Shown here in pieces: positions 49,511 through 63,700 of a DNA stretch of 64,000 nucleotides (its first letter is position 1; each line of letters starts with the position of its first letter). Source of the stretch: Diadema antillarum (Eukaryota). Under the pieces are notes generated by a model that saw only the letters and a list, made by a program, of their open reading frames with translations, searched no databases and had not been told where the DNA came from. Where the stretch lies: positions 2,418,001-2,482,000 of the forward strand of contig NW_027270946.1 in assembly GCF_040938485.1 (NCBI RefSeq), written 5' to 3'. A program made the translations under genes and the position numbers.

Positions 49511-51705
49511 CGTTCACAGTTTTTGTTCAATTTAATCGCAACAATAGGCTTTTACGCGCATGCAGATGTGAATGAAAAGGAACGAGCCAGGATTGACCCC
49601 CGAGGTCACAAATGCCAAACTAATCGGTCTGCTTTTACGGGAATTCGCACGTGAAAGAGCAGAGTGTATACCAATTTTTCACCTCTCGAAGGAACTAATG
49701 GTGACCATAAGCGAGGTTTGTAATCTTATATAATAACTTTACAAACTCATATAATCAAAAATGCATATTAATCCAATATAATATAGGATACATCTTTTTT
49801 CTTTTTCATTGTCAGCCCGAATGTTTCATGGTGCGTAGTCCCATCAACTGCTTATTTTGTTGGTAGACATTTACTCGTGAGAAGTACAACAACTCAAGAA
49901 CAAGCTGCAAATACAGTAACGTTAGGCTTATTGTTTCGAAATGAAGATGAATTCCTATTTTCACTCCCCCTCTCTCTCCTCTTATTTACTGCTATCTTGG
50001 TTTTCAGTCATGTGGATGAAGGAACGTTATAAAGTTATGAGATACTAAAATGACTGCGCTCAATTCCCTTCCACTTTCTTTTTGACTTTAGAAAGCAGAT
50101 CATGCATGAATTGTTGGTGAGAATCGGGATGGCGTTCACATCAGTTGTCTATATGACTGAGAGGGACCAATAGTCGATACACTATCTAGACTTCTAAGTT
50201 CTAACTGCTAGACACACATGTACAGCCTTTCTATTGTAGGTAGCATACACAGTGACGTACATGTGGACCCAGTCTAGTCTAAACACTGGAAGTTGTAAAC
50301 TAGACTAGCTAGACTAGACTTAAACCAAGATCTAGTTCTCCGTAGTTGTAATTGTAGGGGTCTAGCTTACTGCGACCAGCCCCATAGTATACGCGTACTA
50401 TGCGTATGGGGCTGCTGGTCGCAATTAGGGTCTAGCTAAATCATCCTGGAGTCTATTTTCACACACACACACACACAAATAATAATAATGATAATTACGA
50501 AACGTCACTTGACTGTGCAAAAATGTTGCACTTGCATGACTTCATGTTGCGGGTTTTAAAATACCTGGCCATTATGGGAGGATTGAGGACCAAGTATAAG
50601 CTAGGTGTAGTAAAGGAGAAATTAGAGTAGATTATCTAAGTATTACAAAACTCAAAAGAATTCTAGGATAGTCTAGCCTTGATCAACTTGAGACACTGTG
50701 TTAATGATTAATACATCAACATTTTACGATCAGTCAGACTGTTTGAAGTGTTATGTAGATTCTACATCTCTAACAATATATCTAGACTAGACCCTAGTCT
50801 ATGTTTTTATGATAATGAACATATAATTACTTTCACTGCATTTCCTTCAGGGTCTAGTAGACTAGTTGAATACCATACAGTTTGTGTAAATGTGGTAGGT
50901 ACACTGATACTTTTAATTGAAGGCTATGTAGCCTATTTACATCAGTAAACACATAAATATTCTTACATAAATTTAGAGTTTACAAGTTGACTAGTAATCA
51001 TGTGAAATGACAAGGAAACAAATGATGAACGCTTCTGCTACATTTACAGCATCAACTATGTAATTTTGTAAGATTTTGTAAGATTTTATTGACTCTTTCG
51101 ACCCCCTCTCGGGGTATGAGAGTACAAACATATTTACAATATATGAATACAAAAATATAAGTGATAATGTACATGTACATGTGAAAATAACAGATATGAA
51201 TAAATATGTTTACAAAACAAGGCGTAAAGGACGTTTAACTACTCTACCACTACGTGTACAAACATTCGCATCTACTATACTTTCTACAAAAATACTGTCT
51301 TTCTTCTTTGGTATTGAAGAGAACTGAAACATAATAATTCTGACAAATTTGGCTATTTTTTTTCAAATGGCAAGCATTAGTTGAATTGAATAATTTGGCC
51401 ATATGTAATGCACTTGGTCTACTGGCCGTCAAGCTACTTGGTAAATACAATAATCTCTCTATAATCTCTAATACTGGCATGTTTTTGTTGTTACATCAAT
51501 GTATGTAAATTTACAAATTTATTTTTGCTTATTCAGTAAGAGATTTAACACTCGCTAAAATATTTTCAAAAATACAGCATCTCGGGCAGTTACATGTATG
51601 CAGTGTATGGTGCAAGTTATGTCATTCATATGTTGTGCATGTGTTTCAGAGCACAATCTCTCAATGTCACCTATGCAGGACTAACTTCATTGCCTTGGTT
51701 CCAAG

Positions 51706-54700
51706 ATGCCGTCGGCTGGAGCTGTATGTGTGCCAACCATTACCCCTCTGAGGCTGCCTTTGTCTGGCCAGTCCAGCAATCAGATTGACACCAACACACT
51801 CGTTGAAATCAAGTCTGGTAAAGAAACTTATTTTATTAGCACATTTCTGTAGTATGTATTCCAGTGTGGTGCAAGATCCCATTTACGACTGGTAGGTTTA
51901 TTAACAACATATTATCAAGAGCTTGTGGTTGTATCAATTAGATGATGGAAATATTGCCAACCTACATGTATACATTTTTTATTAAGTTGAGTTATAGAAA
52001 ATAAACAATTTATAAGTTATTCAAACATATGTCTGTCCATTACATGATTACTATTGGTGTACATGATAATTACAAACTAACCTCAGCTTGTTTATGTTAT
52101 CATCAGTCATTGTACATTATGTATGTTTATTCTTTTTTTTCCTTTCTTGCAGTATTATCCATATAGTGTAAATTTCTTTACTTTTAAATTTCAAAATGGG
52201 TATGTTCTTGTATTTTTGCAGCTACTCATAGAGCAGCCATCTACTTCAGCACAAATGGAAGCAAACCTGACCCATTTGCTAGGAAGGACAAGAACACCAT
52301 CCGCTACAAAGGACCATTTCTCCTAAATCCTGGAAAACGGACCATCAAGGCTATTGCTGTGTCCAGGTACTGTAAGACTGTCAGTTGGGACACAAAATTT
52401 GCTACAAGCAGAGAAGTGACTGTAATTGAATTAGTTCACACATCATAACACATAAATCAAGGTCTTTCCACCACAGTGTTGCGTACATGTACTTCTTTCT
52501 TGTGTGGAATACAAAATATCTGCTGATGCATGGTACTTGTTCACAGTTGTCTTCAGCGGACCTCTTTGAAACAAGTATTATCTCTTTGTATCTCAATCCC
52601 AGCCTCAATACTATTTAAGTGAAATATGATGAAGAATTACTGAATGATGCACAGAATGAAGAGAAGAGTAAGCATGGCATGTGATGTCCCCTTCTCATCC
52701 AGTATTTGATTCTTTCTTGAGAAAAAGTTCCTTCCTGATATTAGTGAAGTATAATGCAGACCCAGCTGCACTGATCATAGGGGTTTTCTTGCATCACATG
52801 CTTGTATGGTTAAGTATGAAAGGAGCAGATAGGCATGATGTTAAAATGTTCATTAACAATTAGAAAGTCTTGTGATATGGTTAGAGCAGTGCACATATTC
52901 AAAACTAAGGTCAAATCATTAATCAACTGGTAAGAAGTGTGGTGACCAAAAGTTAAACAAGTAACTCATTGTAATTGGAATCACATGTCTTTGTATAATC
53001 TTTCTCTTTTTTTGAGTACATACGGACATATGCACTATGTGTTATGCGTTATAATAGGACTGTTAATCATAGTTAATTATTATTAACTCTTATTGGCAGT
53101 GATGGCAGTCGAGAGAGTCATGTGAACAGTAAGACTTTCATCGTCGATTGGGTCCCGCCTGAACCAGAGGACAACAATGAGGATGACGACCAGAGTTTCA
53201 TCATGGACTCCAGGCGAACACAGAGGTCTCTCCATGTGAGTAGATTGTAATAGAAGCAGGGAAAAATACATGTACGTCCTCTAGAGTAATTATCCCTGTT
53301 TGCAACGGTACAGGGTGCTTATTTGTGGCAGGGGCAGTTCAGCATTGATAAAACAGCTAAAGTAACGCTTAACACTGGCACCAGTCTGACGGTCCTAGAC
53401 CAGTAAAAATCAATGTTGGGCTAGTAACTTTCTAGGAATTACCAAATTTACAAGTCCAACATGACCGGTAAAAAGAAAAAAAGGGGAAAAAATAGCATTG
53501 TCAGGGCCAGTCGAAGTAAAAAAAAAAAGGGACCAATAAATTTTAGGTTCAGACCAGTAAAAAAATGAAAAACTGGCTATCTACTGGTCCGTTAGGGGCA
53601 GGTCAGACCAATAGAGAATATGGGTTAGCGTGCAGCCCTGGATAAAGAGCATCAAGTGTATTTAGCCCCACTTTAGAACAAAAGCGGGAGTTTCTCGTAA
53701 GTGGGAAGTGAGAGTACTCTTGCACATGACTGGGCCCTTTCATCAATGAATGACATGGCCCCTGCTACAAATAGGCACCCTGTCACAAAGAGGGAGAATA
53801 ACATGAGTACATGTTGTTCAGAGAACAACTCGACAAGTTGGTTATTTATGCTTCTTCTTGAGATTTGATGTCTTTGACACTGTAGTGGTTTTAGGGTGCA
53901 AGCTCAATATCAAACCCCTGATATTCAAGGGTAAGGGGGTGGGTATGTATCTGGAGATCATTTGTGTTTTTACTCCATCCATCATTGAGAGTAAGATTAT
54001 CAGAAGGCACACAGCTTTAAGTCACAGTTTCAAGTCACCAGAAATTATAGATCGACTTTGTGGGGCATAAAGTGTGTTTGGAATTTAATAGTATACTATG
54101 TAATAACCTCTGAGTTATACATTACCAACCTAGTAAATATTACTTTGTAAATGTGTGACAAACTGAAATCAATACACTTGAAGTGTTCTCTTTCAAAAAC
54201 CAAATAATTGTATGCTCAGTGGAATACAAAATGCAATTTCCCTTTGTGGTAATAGTTTAAGACTAAGGAAATTACAGCTTTTCTCTGATCAAGGTGCCAA
54301 ATGATGCATGTAATCAATGCAGGAGAAATTTTGGTCTTTGCCATTTGAAACCACCTCATCCGTGTGTGGTTAAAGTTGCTGTGTATTTTTGCAAAGTTAG
54401 TCGGTGATGTTGTACCTGTGTTTTGTTTTCATTAACAGAGTTCTTTCAATAGCAGTGGTCCCTTGGAGACGATACACACCAATGGTGCAGTGACCCTGGC
54501 CAGATCTTCTATGGTTAGTAGAAGTCTCTCTAGAGTAGCATTTCACTTTTGCAACCCTCTCCAGTTTCTTTCAAAGTTTCACTGAAGGTGGTATGTTGTA
54601 CAATGACAATACACTTCAACTTTCAAATGAAGTTGTGATATCTTATATTTTATAAACAGTTTTACCAATGCCAAGTGATGTGATCAAGTGTCTGTTGTAC

Positions 54701-57700
54701 CTGGCATGTGTCACAAATTGACAATATATGAAATGTTCTTGCATGTAAACCACATTTTTTTTTTTCTGTACTAGAACTTTGAAGAGGCCTCTCTTGTTGA
54801 GACCATGCATGAAAAGACCATTACTGTGCAAGAACCATATGTGTAGATGCAGCTGTTTGAGCATTCAATAGTCGTTCTCAAGAGAAAGCAAAGTTCATTG
54901 AAATGGCATTCCCTAACCTGTAAAACTTCAAGCAAAATCCTTCTCAGATGTCATGAAATCTTGAAGCTCATGTTTACTCATGGCGACCATTTTAAAATGA
55001 GTGAACCTCTTTCTATTGGCAATATCTTCAAGGAAGCACCTTGTACCAGGTCGGTAAAGGCATAACATGATATGAAATTGCTATGGAACAGTACTCCTCA
55101 CAGTCCAAAATTGCATAACTGTTTGTCTGCACATGCCTGTAACTATATATTCAAAGTTAAAAACATTATCTGTCATATCTGTGTGCTACAGCTGCCCTAT
55201 ATTCTTTCTGAGATAAATGCATTTCATGAAAATATGACCAAAATAACCAACATATTTTTGTTTAATTTTTTAATTTTTTAATTTTTTTTTAATGAAAATA
55301 ATTTTCTCATCATTATAGCCAATGCATGGAATGGCATCTGGACCGGTCCCCTACAACGCCTGGGGTGCCACATCCCCACAGCCTCAACCGATGACGACAC
55401 TCAACAAAAACCCGGATTACTTTTTCCAGTAAGTGTACTCCACATTGCTGTCTGCAAGAGTAACTGATAACGTACGCCCATTAAGAGTCCAAATCACATT
55501 TCATTTTTTTTTTTCATTCGGACTTAAATATTGCGACCATTTACAGGGGACTATCCTTGACTTGAATCTCTGGAATGATTTGAAAGGATAGTCCATATCA
55601 GAAGAAAGAGATCCAATACTTTTTTTTTGGACTCCTAATGGCTGCCGTCAATGCCCAAGAATAATAAAAGAGTTTGTGATATATGTGATGGTACGCTTTA
55701 CACGGAATTCTCAGATGTATAGGAAACTCTTCTTCAGATGTACATTAGCTAAATATGTATGGACTATTGATATTTGCAGCATTATTGCAAAAATGTGCAC
55801 ATGTACTGAGAATGCAGTACTTTTTTCTTTTATTTCCTTTTTTCTTTGGTTTCTATTTCCTTATAATAGTTACCACATGCATCAGACCAGCCCACGTCAG
55901 AATCAGCCCCAAGTGAGACAGTCTATTGGCCAGGGGTCTGCGATGGTTCAACCACCGGTTATTATTGATGTAAGGAGCAGATCATTCTGTCATTTGGTGC
56001 ATACAGAATAATAAAGAGAATGATGATGACAAAGATGAAGATGTTAAAGATAGTGTTGGTGGTAGGGGTGATAATGATGCTGCTGTATGTCATATCAGTA
56101 TTGTTGATAATGGGAATGATGATGATTATGAGGATACATAGGATGTACCTGTGACAATGGTAATGCCAACATTCATTTGCTCTAAACAGCATCATATGCA
56201 ACCTTTTATCCTTCAACACTTACAGAATATATTGCAATTTTTTTTGTTGGTATATGCCATTTTTATATAGTTGAATGAGCAAAGCATGTACTGTAAAATC
56301 TGTAATCTTGATATTGCTTATTTATCTGTGATGATCAAAGTGAATTTGCATCAAAACTCCTTTTACGCCAGTATTATGGGTAGTATAGACATATGCAAAA
56401 TGAAACTAAAAACTTACAAGTTCAGTGTCTTTATGTATAATGGAGGCTTTAACAATGCTGCTACAAGCTCAATTTTTTGCTTCTTTAATTTTTTAGGCAA
56501 TGACAGGTTACAATAACCAGGAGGCGTGGCGCCCCCTCAGTGTACCCCTCCCTGCCGTGCTGAACCAATCCATTGGCACACAGACCGTGGGTCTCTTTTA
56601 CCCCACCCACGAGCAGCTGACGCGCTCCCCACAGGATGTCGAGCAAGTGCGGGCGGTGAGGGAGCAGGCTACCACCATGGCCTCCGCCCCTGCGCCCCAG
56701 GAGCGCCCCAAGCTAACCGACATCAGTCCTGGCAAGGGGTACTGGAAGCGCCAGCTCGCCCACATCGCGGCCCACCTGGAGGCCTTCTCCCAGCGGGATG
56801 CGGAGTTCCGCGCCCTCGTCGGCAAACCCAAGATGGGGAAGGTGAGAAGCAGAAAGTCACAAAATGTTTTCCTCCTTCATTGCACTGGCATTGATCATAC
56901 CAAACAGATTTGAAATGCTTGAACTGTTTTGTGATAACCCTATTTCGATGAAGATGAAAGTCCTTGAGAGTATTGTGCTAATTAAATTCTATGTTAAACA
57001 CACATTTTCAAGTACTGGTATACCAGTTTTTATGATTTAAACAAGTACATAGATGACTACTTGATTGCTTTTAGCAGAGGATTTCTATATCACACTTACC
57101 ATTTGATTGGCATCTTACTACACAGGTGTTTTACTCACTGAACCTTACACAAATCCCTGAAGATACCTAAGATTGGGAATGGAGAATACAAGTATGATTT
57201 ACCTCTAGACTAATCATATCACCACATCTTTCATTTCATCAAACATAGTCATCCACCTTCATGATTATGATAATATATATTTTGTGCAAATTACTCAGCA
57301 TAGGACTCCAATAAAACTCATAACAACCAACCAAGCCATATCAAACCAATTGTTAAAGAAAATGCTACATAGACGGGCTACATTCTACAATGTGTATGTT
57401 TGCCTCATTACAGATCACCTATGCTAATGTGGAAGATGATGGTGTGGATGTGACACTGACCATTAGCCTCGAGTCGCGTGGTTCAAATCCTCCAGTCAGG
57501 GGCAACAGAGCTCAAGTGGCTCGTCAAGGTAGGTCAAAGGTCGCATCAATCTGTCCTCTTACAATGTACATTTGGTGTCAATGAAACATGTAGGAACACG
57601 AAATCTGTAATTTTGTAGCAATTATCTCGACTGTGATCCACTGGCTTTCACGTCTTCCTCCCATTTTAACCATGGAAAGCAAACTACTGTGTTATCTAAA

Positions 57701-60700
57701 TTAAACATATTGTGTAAAGATATTCTTTTAATATGTTCAGGAGGTATCTGGTAATTTTGCAAATCAGATGTCAGTGCTGTCATTAATGTACCTCATCAAA
57801 TGGGTCACCAAAAGAAAGTAATTACATATCTGTGTACACGTGGAAACTAGAGTTCCATTTCATAAACTATCTTGCAATAATTAAAGTGTGCATTAATCAC
57901 AATTTCAGAGGAACAGTTCGGTAACAACCAATCACATGCAAGTTATTTCAGTTGTTGCAATGGAAAAGAATGCAACTTCATCTTGCTTTAATTTTAAACA
58001 TCTGAATACAATGAGCCCCAGAACAAATGTTTAGAAAAACGATGAAAACAACAGATTTGAGTTAATTATGGTGCTTCAAACAGTGGAACTAAAATTTCCT
58101 GGCCAGGTGACTGTCGAAATGTGGCCCTGTAACTTGTGGCAACTATCATTCATGGCAAGTAAAGCAAATTCTGTTTTATTCCTATCTCATTTTGCAGAAG
58201 CTATTTTGGCAAAGAATAAAACAAGTGATGCAGGTAAGTTCATATCAATGTTGCTTATATTTTATGATTTTGTTATTGTTTTCGTTCTGGTCTGCAATTA
58301 ACTGAGGATTTTTTTAGTTCACTCGTAAAAAAGCATCTACGTGCATGTAATTTGAAACAGCACTTCTGCTATTTTTTTCCTCACATTTGGCATCAATGTT
58401 ATGTGAAGTAATCTGGACTGTAGAAATCTGGCACAATTGTGTAAACGATATTTTTCCAAGTGCCATTAATGCAACAAAAAGGATTTACCCCCAAAATAGT
58501 GGATGAAACTTGTTGTGCAAGTTTTAGCAGTTTGTACAGATATGCTAGTAGAAGTTTAATATGTGCATTGGGTTCAATCAATTCTTTGTGCTCCTACCTG
58601 AAGTTCTCCAACACTGCTTGTACTAAATGCATAACACTGCACCCTTCCTTAATTTCTGCCATATATGGAAGAGTTAGTCTTTATTCAAATGAGACAAATA
58701 AAGGATCCAAGTCAATGAAGATTCACAGAAATAATTCATAAGAAAAACATTGTACAGTTGTTCATTAATGCTTTTCAAGATGCGTGAGTCGTGCTGATAA
58801 AAGTTCTTGTCGTCCCCCCAACAGAGGAGCTGTACGGAGCCACGAAGAAGAAGAGACCGCTCACCAAGAAGCTGGCCGCAAAGAAGAAAGCTGAGGAGGA
58901 GAGGCTTACAGTAAGTCAGTTTTTAGTTTTGAGGCCCTACTGAAATGATTAACCACAGATATCGATGTGAAACCCACTGACAGGAACTCTCCCCAGATGT
59001 TGAAAAATTGATGATATTCATTTCTTCAAACTGCCTTGCCTTGAGATATCCCAGGGAGACATACGCATTGTATTTTTGCTGATGTGCTGCTCTTATATTA
59101 AAAAATAGTAGTGATAAAAAAAGTCTTCGCTTGCTCAGTGATAATCTTATGGATGATATATTAGTTTGTTGTGGAAGAATGCATAAATAGAATTGTTTGG
59201 GGCAGTGATACCAGGTAGTACCTGTAAGTGGTGCATTTTCTTACAATTGTGATAAATGAAGGCAACTATAGAACAAGGACGAAATGCATTACTCTGGACA
59301 TGAGAATCAATAGGACTAGAAACAAACTTGCACTAAGCAGAAGTGAAGGGTTCCAGTTATTACTTGCATGAAATAACAGTACTAATTTTGAGTGTTTTGA
59401 GTATCTATTGACACTTGGAACTTGCCATAATGTAGCTATTTACTATGCTCTAACACTTATGCTCATATTCACATTCACTTGATCAGTGCTGCAGTTTTAA
59501 TCAGTGATACAGACTATCTAGATTTTAGCAGTCAAAAAACAAAAATTAGGCTGTGATCCATTGGTAGCTTTTCTTTCAATCTACCTCATGATTAATATGG
59601 TGTTGTTTCGATGAGTGGTGCAGACTGTCTAGCAGTCAAAAATCTGAAATTGAGTTGTGATCCATTGGGAGATTTTCTTTCAATCTTCCTCATATGGTAT
59701 TAATTGTTTTAATCAGTGGTGCGGACTATCTAGTAGTCAAAAAAAAAAGCAAACATGAATTGTGATCTGTTGGTAGCTTTTCCGTCAATCTACCTCATAT
59801 GGTGTGCTGAGACTGTTTCTTCATATTTTTCTTCCCCAGCCCGAGGAAAAGAAACTGATCAGAGAGGTTGGACCACGGGGTGAGGGAAATGTGGACGTTG
59901 TGCAAGACATGCTTGATGAGGTAGGTGGTAATATTATGGGAGGGACATGTGCCATGTGTCTGGGATAATCATTATTCCCTTCTGCGCCAGGGACCTGGGA
60001 CAGTGTGTACAATCCTATTGCATTCTCTGTGCCAATCAACACTCAAAGCACACAGGGTTGATGGAGACAGAGAGCTTCGGATTGACATGGTGAATGGTAC
60101 TGTGTATTGTTTGTTGTAAAGGTTGAACTATGGTGTATTATGGTGATGCAAGAAAAGCTTCTGCTATTCATTCTAGACAGCTTGTAAAGGCATGTGAGAT
60201 ACCAGTAATATGTAATGTGTTAGAGACTCTTTGCAGTTGAAAGTGATTACACGTACAATGATTACTCTTCCAGGAATCACTGTAATGCAATAATGCTGGT
60301 AATCTTTATTCATTTTGATATGAAACTGAGGCAGGTAATAGTGGGTTTGGAAGGGATGGTCGCTCTGTGGATTGAAAAATAAATCCACTTGTGTTGAGAT
60401 ACTCTATACACCAGCCACGTCATACCCACCAACAAGTTCCAACTTAACCCGTTTATGAGGATGAGTCCCATGTATACTTGGGCAAGTGTCTATGGGAAAT
60501 GCGTGTTGTAGCAAAATCTGCCCGTCCTCAACGGGTTTCCAACGATACATCTCTGCGATCACTCCTGTGACTCACTTTGGTGCCCCCTGGTGATCACATG
60601 GCATTATAATTATTTTGCATGCACTCGACATGAATATACACTATAAAAATGGGTTGATGTTATCACATGAGAACACCACAAAGTTAGTGGCACTGTACAA

Positions 60701-63700
60701 AGTGTATGGGAATAATACCCTATTGCTTCTGAGTGGTGCTTTCAGCTTGCATACTTGAACAGACTGGGTTCTATTCTTCATCGAAAGAAGTTTGGCAATA
60801 TCAAATATTCTGTCTATCAAAATTCATTTTACATGGTTTTTGTGTAAACAATTCTCAAACTGTACAAAGTGTATGGGAATAATACCCTATTGCTTCTGAG
60901 TGGTGCTTTCAGCTTGCATACTTGAACAGACTGGGTTCTATTCTTCATCGAAAGAAGTTTGGCAATATCAAATATTCTGTCTATCAAAATTCATTTTACA
61001 TGGTTTTTGTGTAAACAATTCTCAAATCAAACAGTCTTCATCATTCATATGATTGTATACAGGAAAGACAATTCATTTGATAATCCCTAAGATGTGCACA
61101 AAATTCTAGCACTATGTTTCTCCTTTCTTTACAGGGAGCAGATCCTAACTGTGAGAACAAAGATGGCATTCCAGCCATTGTCTATGCTGCAATGAACAAC
61201 CAGGTGGACTGCATTCCAGTGTTGGCGGATGCAGGGGCAGAGGTCAACAGGAAGACTCCATCAAGGTATGTAAGAGGTCAAGGGTCGGAGTTCCCTGGCT
61301 GTGAACACTTCTCTTGGGGTTTTGCTTGTACGTTTACTAGCTTGCAAATGGGATTTAGTACATCACAGTGGTGGATCCAGCAAGGAGCGCACTGGGCACG
61401 CGCCCCCCTTTATTTTTGTTGAAACAAACAAAACAAAACAAAACAAAAACAAAACAAAAACAAAAACAAAATTGGTGGAGGGGTGCGTGCGCCCCCCTTT
61501 AATTTTGTAAAGGTGCCCCTCTTCACGGAATTCCTGGATCCGCACGTGCATCATCTCCCTTGAACCAGAAGAAAATGAAACTTGTCTGCTCAGTGGCCTC
61601 TCACAATAAAATGGCATTTCTGCTCTGTGTCTATAATTTGATAGCAGGCCTACGGACAAAGAGAATTGATATAGAAAGACAATGACTTATGGCTTTGCTG
61701 CACTAGATCATTAATTCATCAGCCATGTTGCTGGCTTTCAAAAAAAACCCTCAAGCCTAACCAAATTATTTTCCGTCATTACCATTTCCTGTCTTTATTC
61801 AGGGACATTATATGGGAAAGTTATGCTCACATTGATTGCAGTGTATTATGCTGTAGCCCATTATACATTCTGAGATCTTCCTTTTGCTGAAGCCATTCGA
61901 TTGATGTCACTGATAGAATGAATAAGTAGTTTAGATAGGATAGTGATCCAGATAAATTTTGATGCTTTATGTTGGCATTAATCACATTAGTACCTGAGTT
62001 AGACCAGGAAACTGGGCATTGCACAAGTGGAAAGAGAGAAAATACAATTTGATAAAATCGTGTTAGACCTAGCGTAAACCTAGTATCACTTCAATATACA
62101 CATTTTGAGGAACTTTTAATATAAGGTTGTATCATTCAAGATTTCTGTATAACACGTTGGTACAGAGTTTGTATCGTGCATACACAAGATAAAAATTGTC
62201 TATTCAAAGTAAGATTTTCGTGCATCTGTTAAGTGAAAAGCTCATTCCCACTGACAAACAACAGAAGAAAGGAATTGAATCCAAAACCTCTGTCAACTGA
62301 TCTCAACCCATTGAACCCATATCACATGGAAAAAGGAACACCACCCTCAGCTGAAAAGCTCATTCACATTGACAGTGAAGAAAGAAGGAAAGGGAAAAAA
62401 AAAAATGAATCCCAAACCTCTTTTGACCAATCTCAACCAAATTAACACATATCCCATGTCCAAGAAAGCAAAGGGAACATCACCCTCATCTATCAACTGA
62501 AAGGCTCATTCCCATTGACAATAAAGAAAGAAAGAAGGATAGAAAAAAAATGAATCCAAAACCTCTTTGGACAAATCTCAACCCATTGAACCCATATCAC
62601 ATTCACCAGGAAAGGGAATGTCGCCCTCATGTATCAACTGAACAGCTCATTGCCATTGACAGTAAACAAAGAAGGAAAGAATAAAAAAGTATCCAAAATC
62701 TCTTTGGACTAATCTCAACTCATCAAATGCGATATCACATTTACCAGGAAAGGGAACACTGCCCTCCATGAGGCCGTACTCCTGGGACCAGAAGGCCAGG
62801 AGGCCATCGAGGCCCTCCTGGATGCGGGGGCCAGCGCCAAGGTGCAGAACGCCAAGGGAGACACGCCCTACGACCTCGCCATCTCCAATGGTTACTCTTC
62901 GGTGGTGGCGCTTTTCGCCTCCAGCATGGGCCAGGACATGCTGAACAAGATGACCAAGTCGAAGAAGGACAAAGGGAAGAAGGGACGACGGAAGGATGAG
63001 GATAGTGAGGAGAGTGAAGAGTCTGAAGAGGAGGAGAAACCAAAGAAGAGGAGCAAAAAGTACAGGGAGAAACTACCCAAGGTGACTATATTCTTTTGCA
63101 ATCATATAGTTTCATGCACTTCTAAGTCTTATTATTGTACCTTCTTGTGTTAAAGGTATCGTATAGTTTTGGTTGAGGCCTAACATATTTGTGTGAGATA
63201 ATAAGAAACCTCGTAAGAAATGTGAAAGAGCATGTAATTCCAAGAGGATTTGAACATATCAAAAAACAGAGTGATCCTAATAAAACTCTCTGCTACATTG
63301 CAATTGTTGTTCTATCTCTCTGTAATTAGGGCAATCTCACAGTTGATATTAATGTTTGGAGTGTATATCCATGAATTTTGCAACTTTTAGTTGTGCTGAC
63401 AGATGAAAAATATGCAAATGTTTAAATAATTACATATTGTCATTGAGGCCAGTGTATGTGAGTTGCACAAAGCTGGAAAAAAAAGGGTTTACTCCTGATT
63501 TAATAATCTCTTAATTCTGCATACTGCATCCTATCCTTATTTTGCAGATTGTGTGATTTGTGTGGATTTTTAAAAACATTTTTCTTAACGACATTAATTT
63601 TCAGTTATTTCAAAATAAATAAACATATAAATCATTGATGGCCAACTACAGAAATGACACTGCATGTATGATAAATCTTTAAGACAAAGCCTACATACAC

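Noticed and set aside
61364-61370. CACAGTG, the RAG RSS heptamer / Transib-like end
   Set aside because: The leading CA belongs to the CATCA target duplication, there is no nonamer, and sister copies start with CAG.
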